Assembly (NCBI GenBank): GCA_963821585.1
Contig: CAWGEI010000005.1
Location: forward strand, 1,014,682 to 1,078,681
Length of the DNA: 64,000 nt
Origin: an uncultured Acidobacteriota bacterium
GTDB lineage: Bacteria; Acidobacteriota; Thermoanaerobaculia; Gp7-AA8
Reading direction: 5' to 3'
Shown here: positions 27,718 to 36,654 of the stretch, in pieces
Layout: the number at the start of each line of letters is the position of its first letter
How positions within the stretch are numbered: position 1 is the first letter of the stretch
The notes under the pieces: generated by a model
Told to the model about the DNA's origin: nothing
Databases searched by the model: none
What the model saw: only the letters and a program-made list of their open reading frames with translations
Program-made: the position numbers and the translations under genes

Positions 27718-28848
27718 TCAGGTGCGGAAAACGAGCGCGGGATCGATCGACGCGACCTTCCGGAACGAGATCACCGCCGCGGTCAGGCACAACGCGATCG
27801 CGCCGATCAGCACCATCACGTAGAGCTCCGTCGGGATGATCAGCTTCAGGTCGATCTTCGCCATCACCGGCCGCAGCGCGAACGCCTGCAGTGCGCCCAA
27901 CGCGAAGCCGGCGATCGCCGCGATCGTGGCCTGCTTGCCGAGGATGAGGTAGATGTCGCCGTTGCCGCCGCCGATCGCCTTCACCGTGCCGAACTCGCGG
28001 ATGTGCTCCATCGTCGACGTGTACAGCGTCTGCGCGACGACCACGATCCCGACCAGGCATCCGAGGAAGACGGTGATGTACATGTTCAGGCCGAGGCCCG
28101 TCGACTCGATCCAGTACTTGCGCGAGCGCTCCGCCCACTCGCGCTTCGTGAAGACGTCGTTGTACGGCAGGCGCTTCCGGATCTCCGCGCGCACCGCCTC
28201 GGCATCCGCGCCCGGCGCGAGCTTCACCAGCGTGTACGTGGTGTTCCCGCGCAGGTCGCTCTCGTTGAGCGACTGCGCGAGGCGGTAGTCCATGAACGTC
28301 AGCGGCGTGGTCGTGAACGACTTCGCGTCGACCGTGCGGCCGATGATCTTCAGGCGGCGCCCCAGTACTTCGCGGTAGTCGCCGGGCTTGAACGGTCCCC
28401 AGCGCTTCTTCGCGGAGTCGTCGAGCACCATGTAGGGGCCGCGGCGGAGATCGGCGAGGTCGCCTTCGACGACGCCCTGCGGGAAGTTCCAGTGCGAGAA
28501 GTTCTCCAGCGCGTACACCTCCGTCCCTTCGACCGCGCCGGTGGGCAGGTTCACGTTCATGAACCAGACGATGAGGTTGTCCGCCCGTGCGACTCCGGGG
28601 ATCGAGCGCACGCGCTTGATGTACGTCTCCGGGAACGTGTGCGCGAAGTCGACGTTCGGCGTGTTGCGCGACGTGACCCAGAGCTCGGCGTCGATCTGAT
28701 CGATCGTCAGCGACGCGTTGTCCATCAGGCCGAGGAAGAGACCGACCTGCACGAACACGAGCGTGACGGCGAACGCGACGCCCGAAACCGTGATGAGGAA
28801 ACGGAGCTTGTCGTGGAGGAGTGACTTGGTGGCGAGATCGACGCTCAT
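27718..28848 (-). CDS. ABC transporter permease (FtsX/DevC-like)
   Basis: MSVDLATKSLLHDKLRFLIT; REFGTVKAIG; DPALVFR; ATGA overlap with tetR. Confidence 0.9.
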   Translation of the reverse strand: MSVDLATKSLLHDKLRFLITVSGVAFAVTLVFVQVGLFLGLMDNASLTIDQIDAELWVTSRNTPNVDFAHTFPETYIKRVRSIPGVARADNLIVWFMNVNLPTGAVEGTEVYALENFSHWNFPQGVVEGDLADLRRGPYMVLDDSAKKRWGPFKPGDYREVLGRRLKIIGRTVDAKSFTTTPLTFMDYRLAQSLNESDLRGNTTYTLVKLAPGADAEAVRAEIRKRLPYNDVFTKREWAERSRKYWIESTGLGLNMYITVFLGCLVGIVVVAQTLYTSTMEHIREFGTVKAIGGGNGDIYLILGKQATIAAIAGFALGALQAFALRPVMAKIDLKLIIPTELYVMVLIGAIALCLTAAVISFRKVASIDPALVFRT

Positions 28849-29465
28849 TTCAGCATTCCCTTCTCGACCATGTCGAGCACCTGCGCGGTGCGCTCTTCGA
28901 TCGGGCGGAACTCCACCCACTCGTCGTTGGCCTTGGCGATCTCCAGCGAGACGACGCCGTGGATCGTGGCCCAGATCGTCTGCGCGACGAGGTCGGCGTC
29001 CGTGAGGTCGTCACGGAGGCGCCCCTGCGCCTCGAGGTCGTGGACGATTCCTTTCAGGAACGCATATGCGTCTTCTTCCGGGTTGCCCATGCCGCTCTTG
29101 TCCGTCTTGTCGTTCGCCGGCTTCGGGGTCATGAACATCAGCCGGTAGTGGCTGGGGTTCGTGAGGCCGAACTCGACGTAGGAGCGGCCGGCGGCGCGGA
29201 GGCGCTCGACCGGGTCGGGGATCTGGGCGATGACGGTGAACCCATGCGCGAAGTTGCGGAAGTCGTAGTCGCAGAGCTCGGCGAGGAGGGATTCCTTGTC
29301 GCGGAAATGGAAGTAGATCGCGGTGGGGGAGTACTCGATGCGGTCCGCAATGCGGCGCATCGTGACGGACTCGACTCCTTCGCTGGCGAACAGCTCACGG
29401 GCAGCGTCCAGGATCCGGGTCCGGATCTCTTCGCGCTCCCGTTCTCGACGTTCTTTCGGTCCCAA
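28845..29465 (-). CDS. TetR/AcrR family regulator (WHG-type C-domain)
   Basis: VTMRRIADRIEYSPTAIYFHFRDKE, WATIHGVVSL; TTG start with GGAGGA RBS. Confidence 0.95.
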   Translation of the reverse strand: MGPKERREREREEIRTRILDAARELFASEGVESVTMRRIADRIEYSPTAIYFHFRDKESLLAELCDYDFRNFAHGFTVIAQIPDPVERLRAAGRSYVEFGLTNPSHYRLMFMTPKPANDKTDKSGMGNPEEDAYAFLKGIVHDLEAQGRLRDDLTDADLVAQTIWATIHGVVSLEIAKANDEWVEFRPIEERTAQVLDMVEKGMLK

Positions 29466-29478
29466 ACCATTCCTCCGA

Positions 29479-29521
29479 AACTTAACAGTGTTAAGTTAAG
29501 TTCGGAGGCACAGAACGTCAA
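29479..29521 (-). promoter_or_regulatory. Sigma70 promoter overlapping a probable TetR operator
   Basis: Minus strand TTGACG (29521-29516)-17 nt-TAACTT (29498-29493); perfect palindrome AACTTAACA-G-TGTTAAGTT at 29479-29497. Confidence 0.8.
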
Positions 29522-29556
29522 GTGCTGTTTTTAGAAATACGCCTGACGGTGCTGTT

Positions 29557-29784
29557 TTAGTCGGAGAGCCGCTTCATCAGCTCGTTGACCTGGTCATAAA
29601 CGCTCTGGACCGATTCCGCGATGAACACCGTAGTCGCATCGGGCATCCGCTCCCCCTGGCGGACCATGCCTAGGATCTCATCGGTGGCAAAGAGGATATC
29701 GGCGAGTTTGTCGAGCACCCGCTCGGACGTAGGGAGGTGAACAGCAATCGTCGTGTCGATTTCGATGTGGGCTTTTTGATTCAC
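29557..29784 (-). CDS. Hypothetical ~75-aa helical protein
   Basis: Natural-looking acidic amphipathic ORF filling the gap; start uncertain (GTG 29784). Confidence 0.45.
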   Translation of the reverse strand: MNQKAHIEIDTTIAVHLPTSERVLDKLADILFATDEILGMVRQGERMPDATTVFIAESVQSVYDQVNELMKRLSD

Positions 29785-29920
29785 TCTACAGAGGAGTGAT
29801 TTATGTCCCGAAATCCCTACCCTCCCTTCACCCCTGTTGTGCAGGAAAATGCTGTTACGTTTTAGTGAACGCGCTTTGACGCTGGTTGAACGGCTGATTT
29901 TGACCTGTTCCCATCGGCGC

Positions 29921-31588
29921 ATGAAACGGTTCCGAGCCCTCTTTCTCCTCGCCTTCGCCCTGCCGCTCCTCGGTCAGGACGTGCCCGCCACCGTACAGCG
30001 CTCGTTCGACGCGTTCCGTGCCGAGGCGGTGCGTGCGCACCTGAAGTTCCTGGCGAGCGACCTGCTCGAAGGCCGCGGGCCGGGCACGCGCGGGGACGCG
30101 CTCGCCACGAGCTACCTCGCGTCGCAGTTCGAGGCGATCGGCCTCCAGCCGGCGGGAGACAACGGCACGTACTTCCAGAAAGTGTCCCTCCTCGGCATCA
30201 CGACGGACGAGACGAAGTCGACCGTTTCGTTCCGGAAGGGCGATTCGGACCTCGGAGCGCTGAAGTATCGCGATCAGTTCGTCGGCGGGAACCAGTCGCA
30301 GAAGGAGAGCGTGAGCTTCGATTCCGAAGTGGTGTTCGTGGGGCATGGCGTCTCGGCGCCTGAGTACAAATGGGACGACTACAAAGGCTTCGACGCCAAG
30401 GGCAAGACCCTGATCATGCTCGTCGACGACCCTCCGGCCACGGAGAAGGAGCCGGACCTCTTCAGGGGACGCGCGCGCACGTACTACGGCCGCTGGACGT
30501 ACAAGTTCGAGCAGGGCACGGCGCGCGGCGCGGACGCCGTGATCCTCATTCACACCGATCGCGCGGCGGGCTACGGCTGGCAGGTCGTGCGGAACTCGTG
30601 GACGGGCGAGCAGGCGTACGTGAAGAACACGCCGGGCCAGCACGCGCTGGCGTTCGCGGGCTGGGTCTCGGAAGGTGTGGCGGCCGAGCTGTTCAAGACG
30701 GGGGGACGCGACCTCGCGGCTCTGACGAAGGCGGCGGGCTCGCGCGATTTCAAGCCGGTGTCGCTCGGCTTTCATTTCTCCGGCAAGATCACCAGCACGA
30801 TCCGCCCGTTCGACACCGCGAACGTCGTGGCGAAGCTGGAAGGCAGCGACGCGCAGCTGAAGGACGAGGCTGTGCTCTACAGCGCCCATCACGACCACCT
30901 CGGCATCGGCACGCCTGATGACGACGATCCGAAGGACACGATCTACAACGGCGCGATCGACAACGCGAGCGGCACGGCCACGATCCTCGAGGTGGCGCGG
31001 GTGTGGAGCCAGGCGGAGCCGCGCCCGAAGCGCAGCATCCTCTTCGCGCTCGTCGCGGCCGAGGAGCAGGGATTGCTCGGGTCGGAGTACTTCGGCGAGC
31101 ATCCGGTGGTGCCGGCGGGCCGGATTGCCATGGGGTTGAACATCGACGCCATCCATCTCCTCGGCAACGTCGGGAGTGTGTCGATGATCGGCATCGACCG
31201 CACGACGTTCTTCCCGACCGCGCAGAAGGTGACGAAGGCGCTGGGCCTCACGATCGTGCCGGACCAGGCGCCGGAGCAGGGCTCGTACTACCGCTCCGAT
31301 CACTTCAGCCTCGCGAAGGTGGGTGTGCCGGCGTTCTCGATCAAGCAGGGCAACGACATCGCCGGCAAGCCTGCGGAGTGGGGACCAACGAAGACGAAGG
31401 AGTACCGCGACAAGCACTACCACCAGGCCAGCGACGAGTACGACCCGTCCTGGGACTTCAACGCGGCCACCCAGGCCGGCCGCCTCGCCTTCTGGCTCGG
31501 CTGGGAAGCCGCGAACGCCACGGACAAGCCGATGTGGGTTCCGGGCGAGGAGTTCTACGACGTGACGGCGAAGGCGCGTTCCCGTTAA
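29921..31588 (+). CDS. M28 family peptidase with PA domain
   Basis: SAHHDHLG, NGAIDNASG, AEEQGLLGS, RSDH, YHQASD; signal peptide. Confidence 0.93.
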   Translation: MKRFRALFLLAFALPLLGQDVPATVQRSFDAFRAEAVRAHLKFLASDLLEGRGPGTRGDALATSYLASQFEAIGLQPAGDNGTYFQKVSLLGITTDETKSTVSFRKGDSDLGALKYRDQFVGGNQSQKESVSFDSEVVFVGHGVSAPEYKWDDYKGFDAKGKTLIMLVDDPPATEKEPDLFRGRARTYYGRWTYKFEQGTARGADAVILIHTDRAAGYGWQVVRNSWTGEQAYVKNTPGQHALAFAGWVSEGVAAELFKTGGRDLAALTKAAGSRDFKPVSLGFHFSGKITSTIRPFDTANVVAKLEGSDAQLKDEAVLYSAHHDHLGIGTPDDDDPKDTIYNGAIDNASGTATILEVARVWSQAEPRPKRSILFALVAAEEQGLLGSEYFGEHPVVPAGRIAMGLNIDAIHLLGNVGSVSMIGIDRTTFFPTAQKVTKALGLTIVPDQAPEQGSYYRSDHFSLAKVGVPAFSIKQGNDIAGKPAEWGPTKTKEYRDKHYHQASDEYDPSWDFNAATQAGRLAFWLGWEAANATDKPMWVPGEEFYDVTAKARSR

Positions 31589-31621
31589 GTGTGGGTGGGG
31601 TCAGACCCCAACCACACTTAA
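31585..31621. repeat. GGGGTCAGACCCC-type palindrome between convergent genes
   Basis: TTAAGTGTGGGTGGGGTC-A-GACCCCAACCACACTTAA, one mismatch. Confidence 0.75.
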
Positions 31622-32667
31622 GTCACCTGCAGGAGCAGCCAGCCTCCGGCCGCCGCCCACGCGAGGAACGCGAATTCGATCATCGTGAGACGGCGGAAGA
31701 AGCGAGGATCGCGGTTGGACTCGCGTACGTAGATGCGCCACCCGAGGAGGTTGGCGAACGAGGCGACGATCGTGCCGCAGCCGCCGGCGTTTGCGCCGTA
31801 GAGCAGCTCGAGCCAGCGGGAATCGGCAGCCGGGGAGAGCAGGATCGTCGCCGGTACGTTCGAGATCACCTGGGAGAGCCCGATCGCGGCGACATAGAGG
31901 TTCTCGCCGAAGCGCAGGCCAAGGACGGTCATGCCGGCGACGATGATGAAGACGAAGAAGAACAGCGGGACGATCCAGAGGTCGACGCGCTTGCGCACAA
32001 ACAGCAGCCATGCGATCGCCGCCGCGATGGCCGCGGGCCATGCCTCGATCGCATGCGCGATGTGCAGGATCACGAGCGCCAGGCAGATCGCGCCCGCGAC
32101 CGCCGCGTAGTGATTGCGGTCCGGCAGGGCGACGTCGTTGCGCTTCATCTCGTGCGATGGCCCGAGGAGGAACAGGGCCGCGATCAGTCCGGCCGTACAC
32201 CAGCCGACGAACGGCAGCATCGCCATGATGAACTCGCCCGCGTTCCAGCCCGCGCGGTGGTAGACGAACAGGTTCTGCGGATTGCCCAGCGGCGTGAGGG
32301 AGCCGATGAGGTTCACCGCCACGATCTCGAGGATCACCGCGTCCTCGATGTCGAAGTCGGAGAAGCGGCTGGCGATGACGGTGAACGGGATGGTCACGAA
32401 CAACGCCACGTCGTTGGTGACGAACATGGCCAGCACGCCGCTGAACATCACCATCGCGAAGCCGAACGAGCGCGTGGTGCGGAAGCGCGTCATCGCGCGC
32501 TTCACCAGCACGTCGAGATAGCCCGACGCGCGAAGGATCTCCACCGCCAGCAGCAGCGCGAAGAGGACGAGCAGCAGCTCGACGTCGATGGAGACCTCGC
32601 TCCACCGGACCACGCCGGTGAGGAGCAGGAGGCTGGCGATGGCCGCTGCGATGAGTGTGAGAAGCAC
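31618..32667 (-). CDS. ArsB/NhaD/SLC13-type anion transporter (YbiR-like)
   Basis: FVTNDVAL, NLIGSLTPLGNPQN, ISNVPAT, ASFANL. Confidence 0.88.
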   Translation of the reverse strand: MLLTLIAAAIASLLLLTGVVRWSEVSIDVELLLVLFALLLAVEILRASGYLDVLVKRAMTRFRTTRSFGFAMVMFSGVLAMFVTNDVALFVTIPFTVIASRFSDFDIEDAVILEIVAVNLIGSLTPLGNPQNLFVYHRAGWNAGEFIMAMLPFVGWCTAGLIAALFLLGPSHEMKRNDVALPDRNHYAAVAGAICLALVILHIAHAIEAWPAAIAAAIAWLLFVRKRVDLWIVPLFFFVFIIVAGMTVLGLRFGENLYVAAIGLSQVISNVPATILLSPAADSRWLELLYGANAGGCGTIVASFANLLGWRIYVRESNRDPRFFRRLTMIEFAFLAWAAAGGWLLLQVT

Positions 32668-32676
32668 GCGTAAAGC

Positions 32677-32816
32677 CCGTTAGCCCCGAGCGAAGTCGAG
32701 GGGCCAACTTAGCAACAACGCTGCGTGCGCACAACCCGCGGTGCATGTGCATTCGCTCGTTGGATTGTGCAGCGCAGGTGCTAAGTTGGCTCCTCGACTC
32801 CGCTCGGAGCTAACGG
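32677..32816. repeat. REPIN-like element, family 2, copy C
   Basis: CCGTTAGCCCCGAGCGAAGTCGAGGGGCCAACTTAGCA ... TGCTAAGTTGGCTCCTCGACTCCGCTCGGAGCTAACGG. Confidence 0.85.
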
Positions 32817-33772
32817 CTAATGGAAACCTCGAGCGGTCGCCCCACCCGGGGCTGTTCCGCGGCGCGCCGCGCCATCATGGCGGCCCCTTCGACCGGAGGC
32901 AGCTGGGGAGGCTGCAGCGTCGCGCCGGGCGCGTCGCGCTGGAGGCGCAGGCGCATCGGATTGAGCAGCAGCTCGTGCGCGTGGAACGCGCCGCCGACGT
33001 AGGCGACGGGGAACTCCGTGTCGGTCATGTGCAGCTTGCGCGCGACCGCGAGCACGCAGTGCGCGAGCTCCGAGCCGGCGCGTCCGAGAATGTCGGAGGC
33101 GACGGTGTCGCCGGCCTGCGCGGCTTCGATCACCAGCTTCCCGTAGCGCGCGATGTCGTCGACGTGCGTCGTCGTTGCGTAGACGAAACGCGGCAGCTCG
33201 TCCGGGCTACACATCTCGTACTCCTGGCAGAGCAGGTCCGTCATCGCCGTCGCGAAGCCGCGGCCATCGTGCGCGCGCACGATCGCGGACAGGCCTTCCC
33301 GCGCGATCCAGAAGCCGCTGCCTTCATCGCCGAGGGTCGGACCCCAGCCGCCGGCGCGTGCTTCTTCGCCCGCCGGATTGCGGCCGAACGCGACCGAGCC
33401 GGTGCCGGCGATGATGACGATGCCCGCGCCGAATCCGACCGCGCCGGTCAGGGCGATGCGCGCGTCGGTGTCGACGATGAAGTTGCCGCGCGGGAAGAAG
33501 ACCTGCAGCGAATCGACGACGCGCTGGCGGTGGACCGGATGATCGGAGCCCGCGATGCCGCAGTAGGCGTACTCCACGTCGTTGATCGCGATGTGCGCCT
33601 CGCGCAGGGCGATGTTCACGGCGCGCTCGACGTTGCGGGTCGCCTCTTCGATCCCCACGCGAAGATGATTGGACCCGCCCGCCAGGCCGGCCCCGACTTT
33701 TCTACCATTCTCATCCACGACGATCGCCGCTGTCTTGGACGCGCCGCCGTCGACACCGATGTAATACGTCAT
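32810..33772 (-). CDS. BadF/BadG/BcrA/BcrD ATPase (N-acetylglucosamine kinase-like)
   Basis: IGVDGGASKT, IAGTGS, GGWGPTLGDEGSG. Confidence 0.9.
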   Translation of the reverse strand: MTYYIGVDGGASKTAAIVVDENGRKVGAGLAGGSNHLRVGIEEATRNVERAVNIALREAHIAINDVEYAYCGIAGSDHPVHRQRVVDSLQVFFPRGNFIVDTDARIALTGAVGFGAGIVIIAGTGSVAFGRNPAGEEARAGGWGPTLGDEGSGFWIAREGLSAIVRAHDGRGFATAMTDLLCQEYEMCSPDELPRFVYATTTHVDDIARYGKLVIEAAQAGDTVASDILGRAGSELAHCVLAVARKLHMTDTEFPVAYVGGAFHAHELLLNPMRLRLQRDAPGATLQPPQLPPVEGAAMMARRAAEQPRVGRPLEVSISR

Positions 33773-33801
33773 TGCGCGCTCGTACTTGCAAGAATCGTTG
33801 C

Positions 33802-33817
33802 GGGCAGTGCATTTGCA
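33802..33817 (+). promoter_or_regulatory. Putative sigma54 (-24/-12) promoter
   Basis: GGGCAGTGCATTTGCA: GG-N10-GC with TTGCA, upstream of an AAGGAG RBS and ATG 33847. Confidence 0.55.
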
Positions 33818-33846
33818 CAATAACTGAGGTGTAAGGAGAACTCTAC

Positions 33847-34329
33847 ATGAGACGCAAATCGCTTCTCTCGCTCGCAGTCATTGCAGTGCTCGCTGTCGCG
33901 CTTCTCTCCACGACCGCGTGCAAATCCAGCGGGATGGCCGTGACTTCGCGCGGCCAGTTGCTCAAGCTCAACATCGTGCACCCGTCCGACCTGCCGGAAT
34001 CGGGTGTGGACAACCTCGACGTCAACATCAGCAACCGGGGCGTCAACAACATCCAGGACATCCTGCTCGAGGTCGAGCTGCCTCCACAGCTCGTGATCAT
34101 GGATCAGACGAATGAGCGCGGCGTGAACGTGATGCACACGCCGGGCTCGAACATGTACCGCTTCACGTTCGGCAACATTCAGCCGGCCGAGAGCTCGACG
34201 GTCCGGTTCCGCGTCCGCACGGCGTTCGGCACGATGAGCGAGACGGGCAGCGTGAAGGCCACCGCGTGGCAGAGCGGCTTGCCTGGGGACAAGCTGATCG
34301 AGACCGCGGTGATCAAGCTCAGACAGTAG
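33847..34329 (+). CDS. Lipoprotein with Ig-like (DUF11/CARDB-like) domain
   Basis: Lipobox TTAC; beta-rich NISNRG...LPPQL...GNIQPAES. Confidence 0.75.
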   Translation: MRRKSLLSLAVIAVLAVALLSTTACKSSGMAVTSRGQLLKLNIVHPSDLPESGVDNLDVNISNRGVNNIQDILLEVELPPQLVIMDQTNERGVNVMHTPGSNMYRFTFGNIQPAESSTVRFRVRTAFGTMSETGSVKATAWQSGLPGDKLIETAVIKLRQ

Positions 34330-34331
34330 CC

Positions 34332-34360
34332 AACGTAGGGCGGGCTCCAGCCCGCCCTAC
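34332..34360. repeat. Single collapsed family-1 REP
   Basis: AACGTAGGGCGGGCTCCAGCCCGCCCTAC hairpin. Confidence 0.75.
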
Positions 34361-34371
34361 AATGCGCCGCT

Positions 34372-35100
34372 ATGGCGCAACCAGACTCCCTCCATCTCGC
34401 CGCCACCCGTCGTGAGGATCTCGAGGATCGCAAGCTCCTCGATCGCCCGTCCCGGGCCGAGACGCTGCAGAGTGAGTCGTGGCGCGTGCTGCGCATCACG
34501 AGCGAGTTCGTCACCGGCTTCGATCACCTCGCCGACGTGTATCCCGCGGTGTCGATCTTCGGCTCTGCGCGCACGGTCCTCTCCGACCACTACTACGACG
34601 ACGCCGTCCGCACCGCCGAGCTCCTCGGCCAGGCCGGCTTCGCCATCATCACCGGCGGCGGTCCCGGCATCATGGAAGCGGCAAACAAAGGCGCGCAGCA
34701 GGCGGGCGCGCTCTCCATTGGCTGCAACATCCAGCTGCCCTTCGAGCAGCAGCTCAACGGCTTCGTCGACAAGGCCATGACCTTCCGCTACTTCTTCGTG
34801 CGGAAGACGATGTTCATCAAGTACTCCGAGGCGTTCATCACGTTTCCCGGAGGCTTCGGGACGCTCGACGAGCTGTTCGGCGCCCTCGTCCTCATCCAGA
34901 CCAAGAAGATCTCCGACTTCCCGGTGATCCTCTACGGCAGCGACTACTGGGCCGGACTCATCGTCTGGCTGCGCGCACGCGTGCTCGCCGCGAACAACAT
35001 CGTGCAGGAGGACGTCGACAGCATCCACGTCGTCGATACGCCCGAACAAGTGCGTGACATCGTGGTCGCGTACCACCAGAAGGCGGAATCGAACAAATGA
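34372..35100 (+). CDS. LOG family protein (TIGR00730 Rossmann fold)
   Basis: FGSAR, TGGGPGIMEAAN, PGGFGTLDE. Confidence 0.95.
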   Translation: MAQPDSLHLAATRREDLEDRKLLDRPSRAETLQSESWRVLRITSEFVTGFDHLADVYPAVSIFGSARTVLSDHYYDDAVRTAELLGQAGFAIITGGGPGIMEAANKGAQQAGALSIGCNIQLPFEQQLNGFVDKAMTFRYFFVRKTMFIKYSEAFITFPGGFGTLDELFGALVLIQTKKISDFPVILYGSDYWAGLIVWLRARVLAANNIVQEDVDSIHVVDTPEQVRDIVVAYHQKAESNK

Positions 35101-35116
35101 TGGCATCCCTCTCGCA
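35101..35116 (+). promoter_or_regulatory. Putative sigma54 promoter
   Basis: TGGCATCCCTCTCGCA: TGGCA...GG-N10-GCA. Confidence 0.5.
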
Positions 35117-35143
35117 AATATAAGCAGTGAAAGGAGCTTAGGG

Positions 35144-35293
35144 ATGCGAATCCAGGAAACCAACCGGATCTTGAAGGAAGCTCGCTACGCGCACCACGCC
35201 GCTGCTCAACAGCATGAGGAAGGGGTGATGTCCCGCGTATGGAGAGCGGTGTCCACGAAGCTCACGGGGTTGTTCCACCACCACAAGGACTGA
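35144..35293 (+). CDS. Small 49-aa His-rich protein
   Basis: AAGGAG RBS at 35131, ATG 35144; MRIQETNRILKEARYAHHAAAQQHEEGVMSRVWRAVSTKLTGLFHHHKD. Confidence 0.6.
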   Translation: MRIQETNRILKEARYAHHAAAQQHEEGVMSRVWRAVSTKLTGLFHHHKD

Positions 35294-35297
35294 TTTC

Positions 35298-35327
35298 GCG
35301 TGGGGCGGGCTCCGGCCCGCCTCACGC
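35298..35327. repeat. REP-like hairpin (degenerate family 1), possible bidirectional terminator
   Basis: GCGTGGGGCGGGC-TCCG-GCCCGCCTCACGC, overlapping the TGA of the hemolysin gene. Confidence 0.6.
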
Positions 35328-36650
35328 CTGTTCTTCTTCCTCTTCCACGATCTCCACCGGCGGCGCCTTGCTCACCACGAGCACCCAGCGCACCCGGAAG
35401 CGTTCCGCTTCGAGGACGCTGATGGCGAGATCGCCCAGCTCCACTTTGTCACCCGGCGTCACTTCGCGCCCGAGGCGTGCGGCGACGTAGCCGCCCACGG
35501 TCTCTTCCTCCGGCTCGCCGAGATCGATCTTCAGGCGATCCGCGAGATCCTCGATCAGATAGTCGCCGCGCACCCGATAGCGTCCGTTGCCGAGGGGCTC
35601 GATCTCCGGACGCTCCCGATCGAACTCGTCCTGAATCTGCCCGAACAACTCCTCGGTGATGTTCTCCAGCGAGACGATGCCCGAGGAGCCGCCGTATTCG
35701 TCGAGGACCACGGCCATGTGCGTCTTGCTCTCGATGAACTGCGACAGCAGCGACTCGACCGTGCTGTTCTCCGGCACGAACAACACCTCGCGCCGCATCT
35801 CCTGGAGGCTCCGCCCCGGCCCGCGCAGCTGCGCGAGCAGCAGGTCCTTCACGTGAATCAGCCCGATCGTGTTGTCGAGACTTCCCTCGCACAGCGGATA
35901 ACGCGTGTGGCGCGTCGTGCGGATGGTCTCGAGGTTCTCCTCGATCGTGCGCGTCGTGGAGAGGATCACCACGTCCGTGCGCGGCACCATGATCTGCCGC
36001 GCGGTGCGCTTGGCGAACTGGAAGACACCCTCGATGATCTCCCGGTTCTCCTCCGACAGAATCCCCGCCTTCTCCGAGCTCGCCAGGATCAGCCGCAGCT
36101 CCTCGGGTGAGTGCGCAATCTCCGCGTGCTCGCCGGCGGGGTGGATTCCGACGAGCTTGAGCAGCGCGCGCGACGTGCCGTTGAGCACCCAGATCGCGGG
36201 GAAGGTGATGACGTAGAACGCGTGCAGCAGGTGCGCCGTCCAGAGCGTCGTGCCGACCGGCTTCTGGATGGCGATCGATTTGGGCGCGAGCTCGCCGAGG
36301 ACGATGTGGAGGATGGAGATGATGATGAACGCGACCGTCGCGGAGATCGACTTCGCGGCGGCCTCGCCCACCTGGAAACGCGTGAAGAGCGGCTGGATGA
36401 GATGGTGGAACGCGGGCTCGCCGATCCAGCCGAGAGCGAGCGAGGCGAGGGTGATGCCGAGCTGGGTCGCGGAAAGGTAGGCGTCGAGATGACGGATCAG
36501 CTTCTTCGCCATCTTCGCGCGCGCGCTGCCTTGCTCCGCGAGCTCGGTGATCTGCGTGGAGCGGACTTTGACGATCGCGAACTCGGCGGCGACGAAGAAA
36601 CCGTTCGCCAGCACGAAGACAAACGCGAGGACTAAATACCAGGTGTCCAT
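35322..36650 (-). CDS. Hemolysin/CNNM family (DUF21-CBS-CorC) protein
   Basis: NGFFVAAEFA, QLGITLASL, GELAPK, IMVPR, VLDEYGG. Confidence 0.95.
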   Translation of the reverse strand: MDTWYLVLAFVFVLANGFFVAAEFAIVKVRSTQITELAEQGSARAKMAKKLIRHLDAYLSATQLGITLASLALGWIGEPAFHHLIQPLFTRFQVGEAAAKSISATVAFIIISILHIVLGELAPKSIAIQKPVGTTLWTAHLLHAFYVITFPAIWVLNGTSRALLKLVGIHPAGEHAEIAHSPEELRLILASSEKAGILSEENREIIEGVFQFAKRTARQIMVPRTDVVILSTTRTIEENLETIRTTRHTRYPLCEGSLDNTIGLIHVKDLLLAQLRGPGRSLQEMRREVLFVPENSTVESLLSQFIESKTHMAVVLDEYGGSSGIVSLENITEELFGQIQDEFDRERPEIEPLGNGRYRVRGDYLIEDLADRLKIDLGEPEEETVGGYVAARLGREVTPGDKVELGDLAISVLEAERFRVRWVLVVSKAPPVEIVEEEEEQA

Positions 36651-36654
36651 CTTT

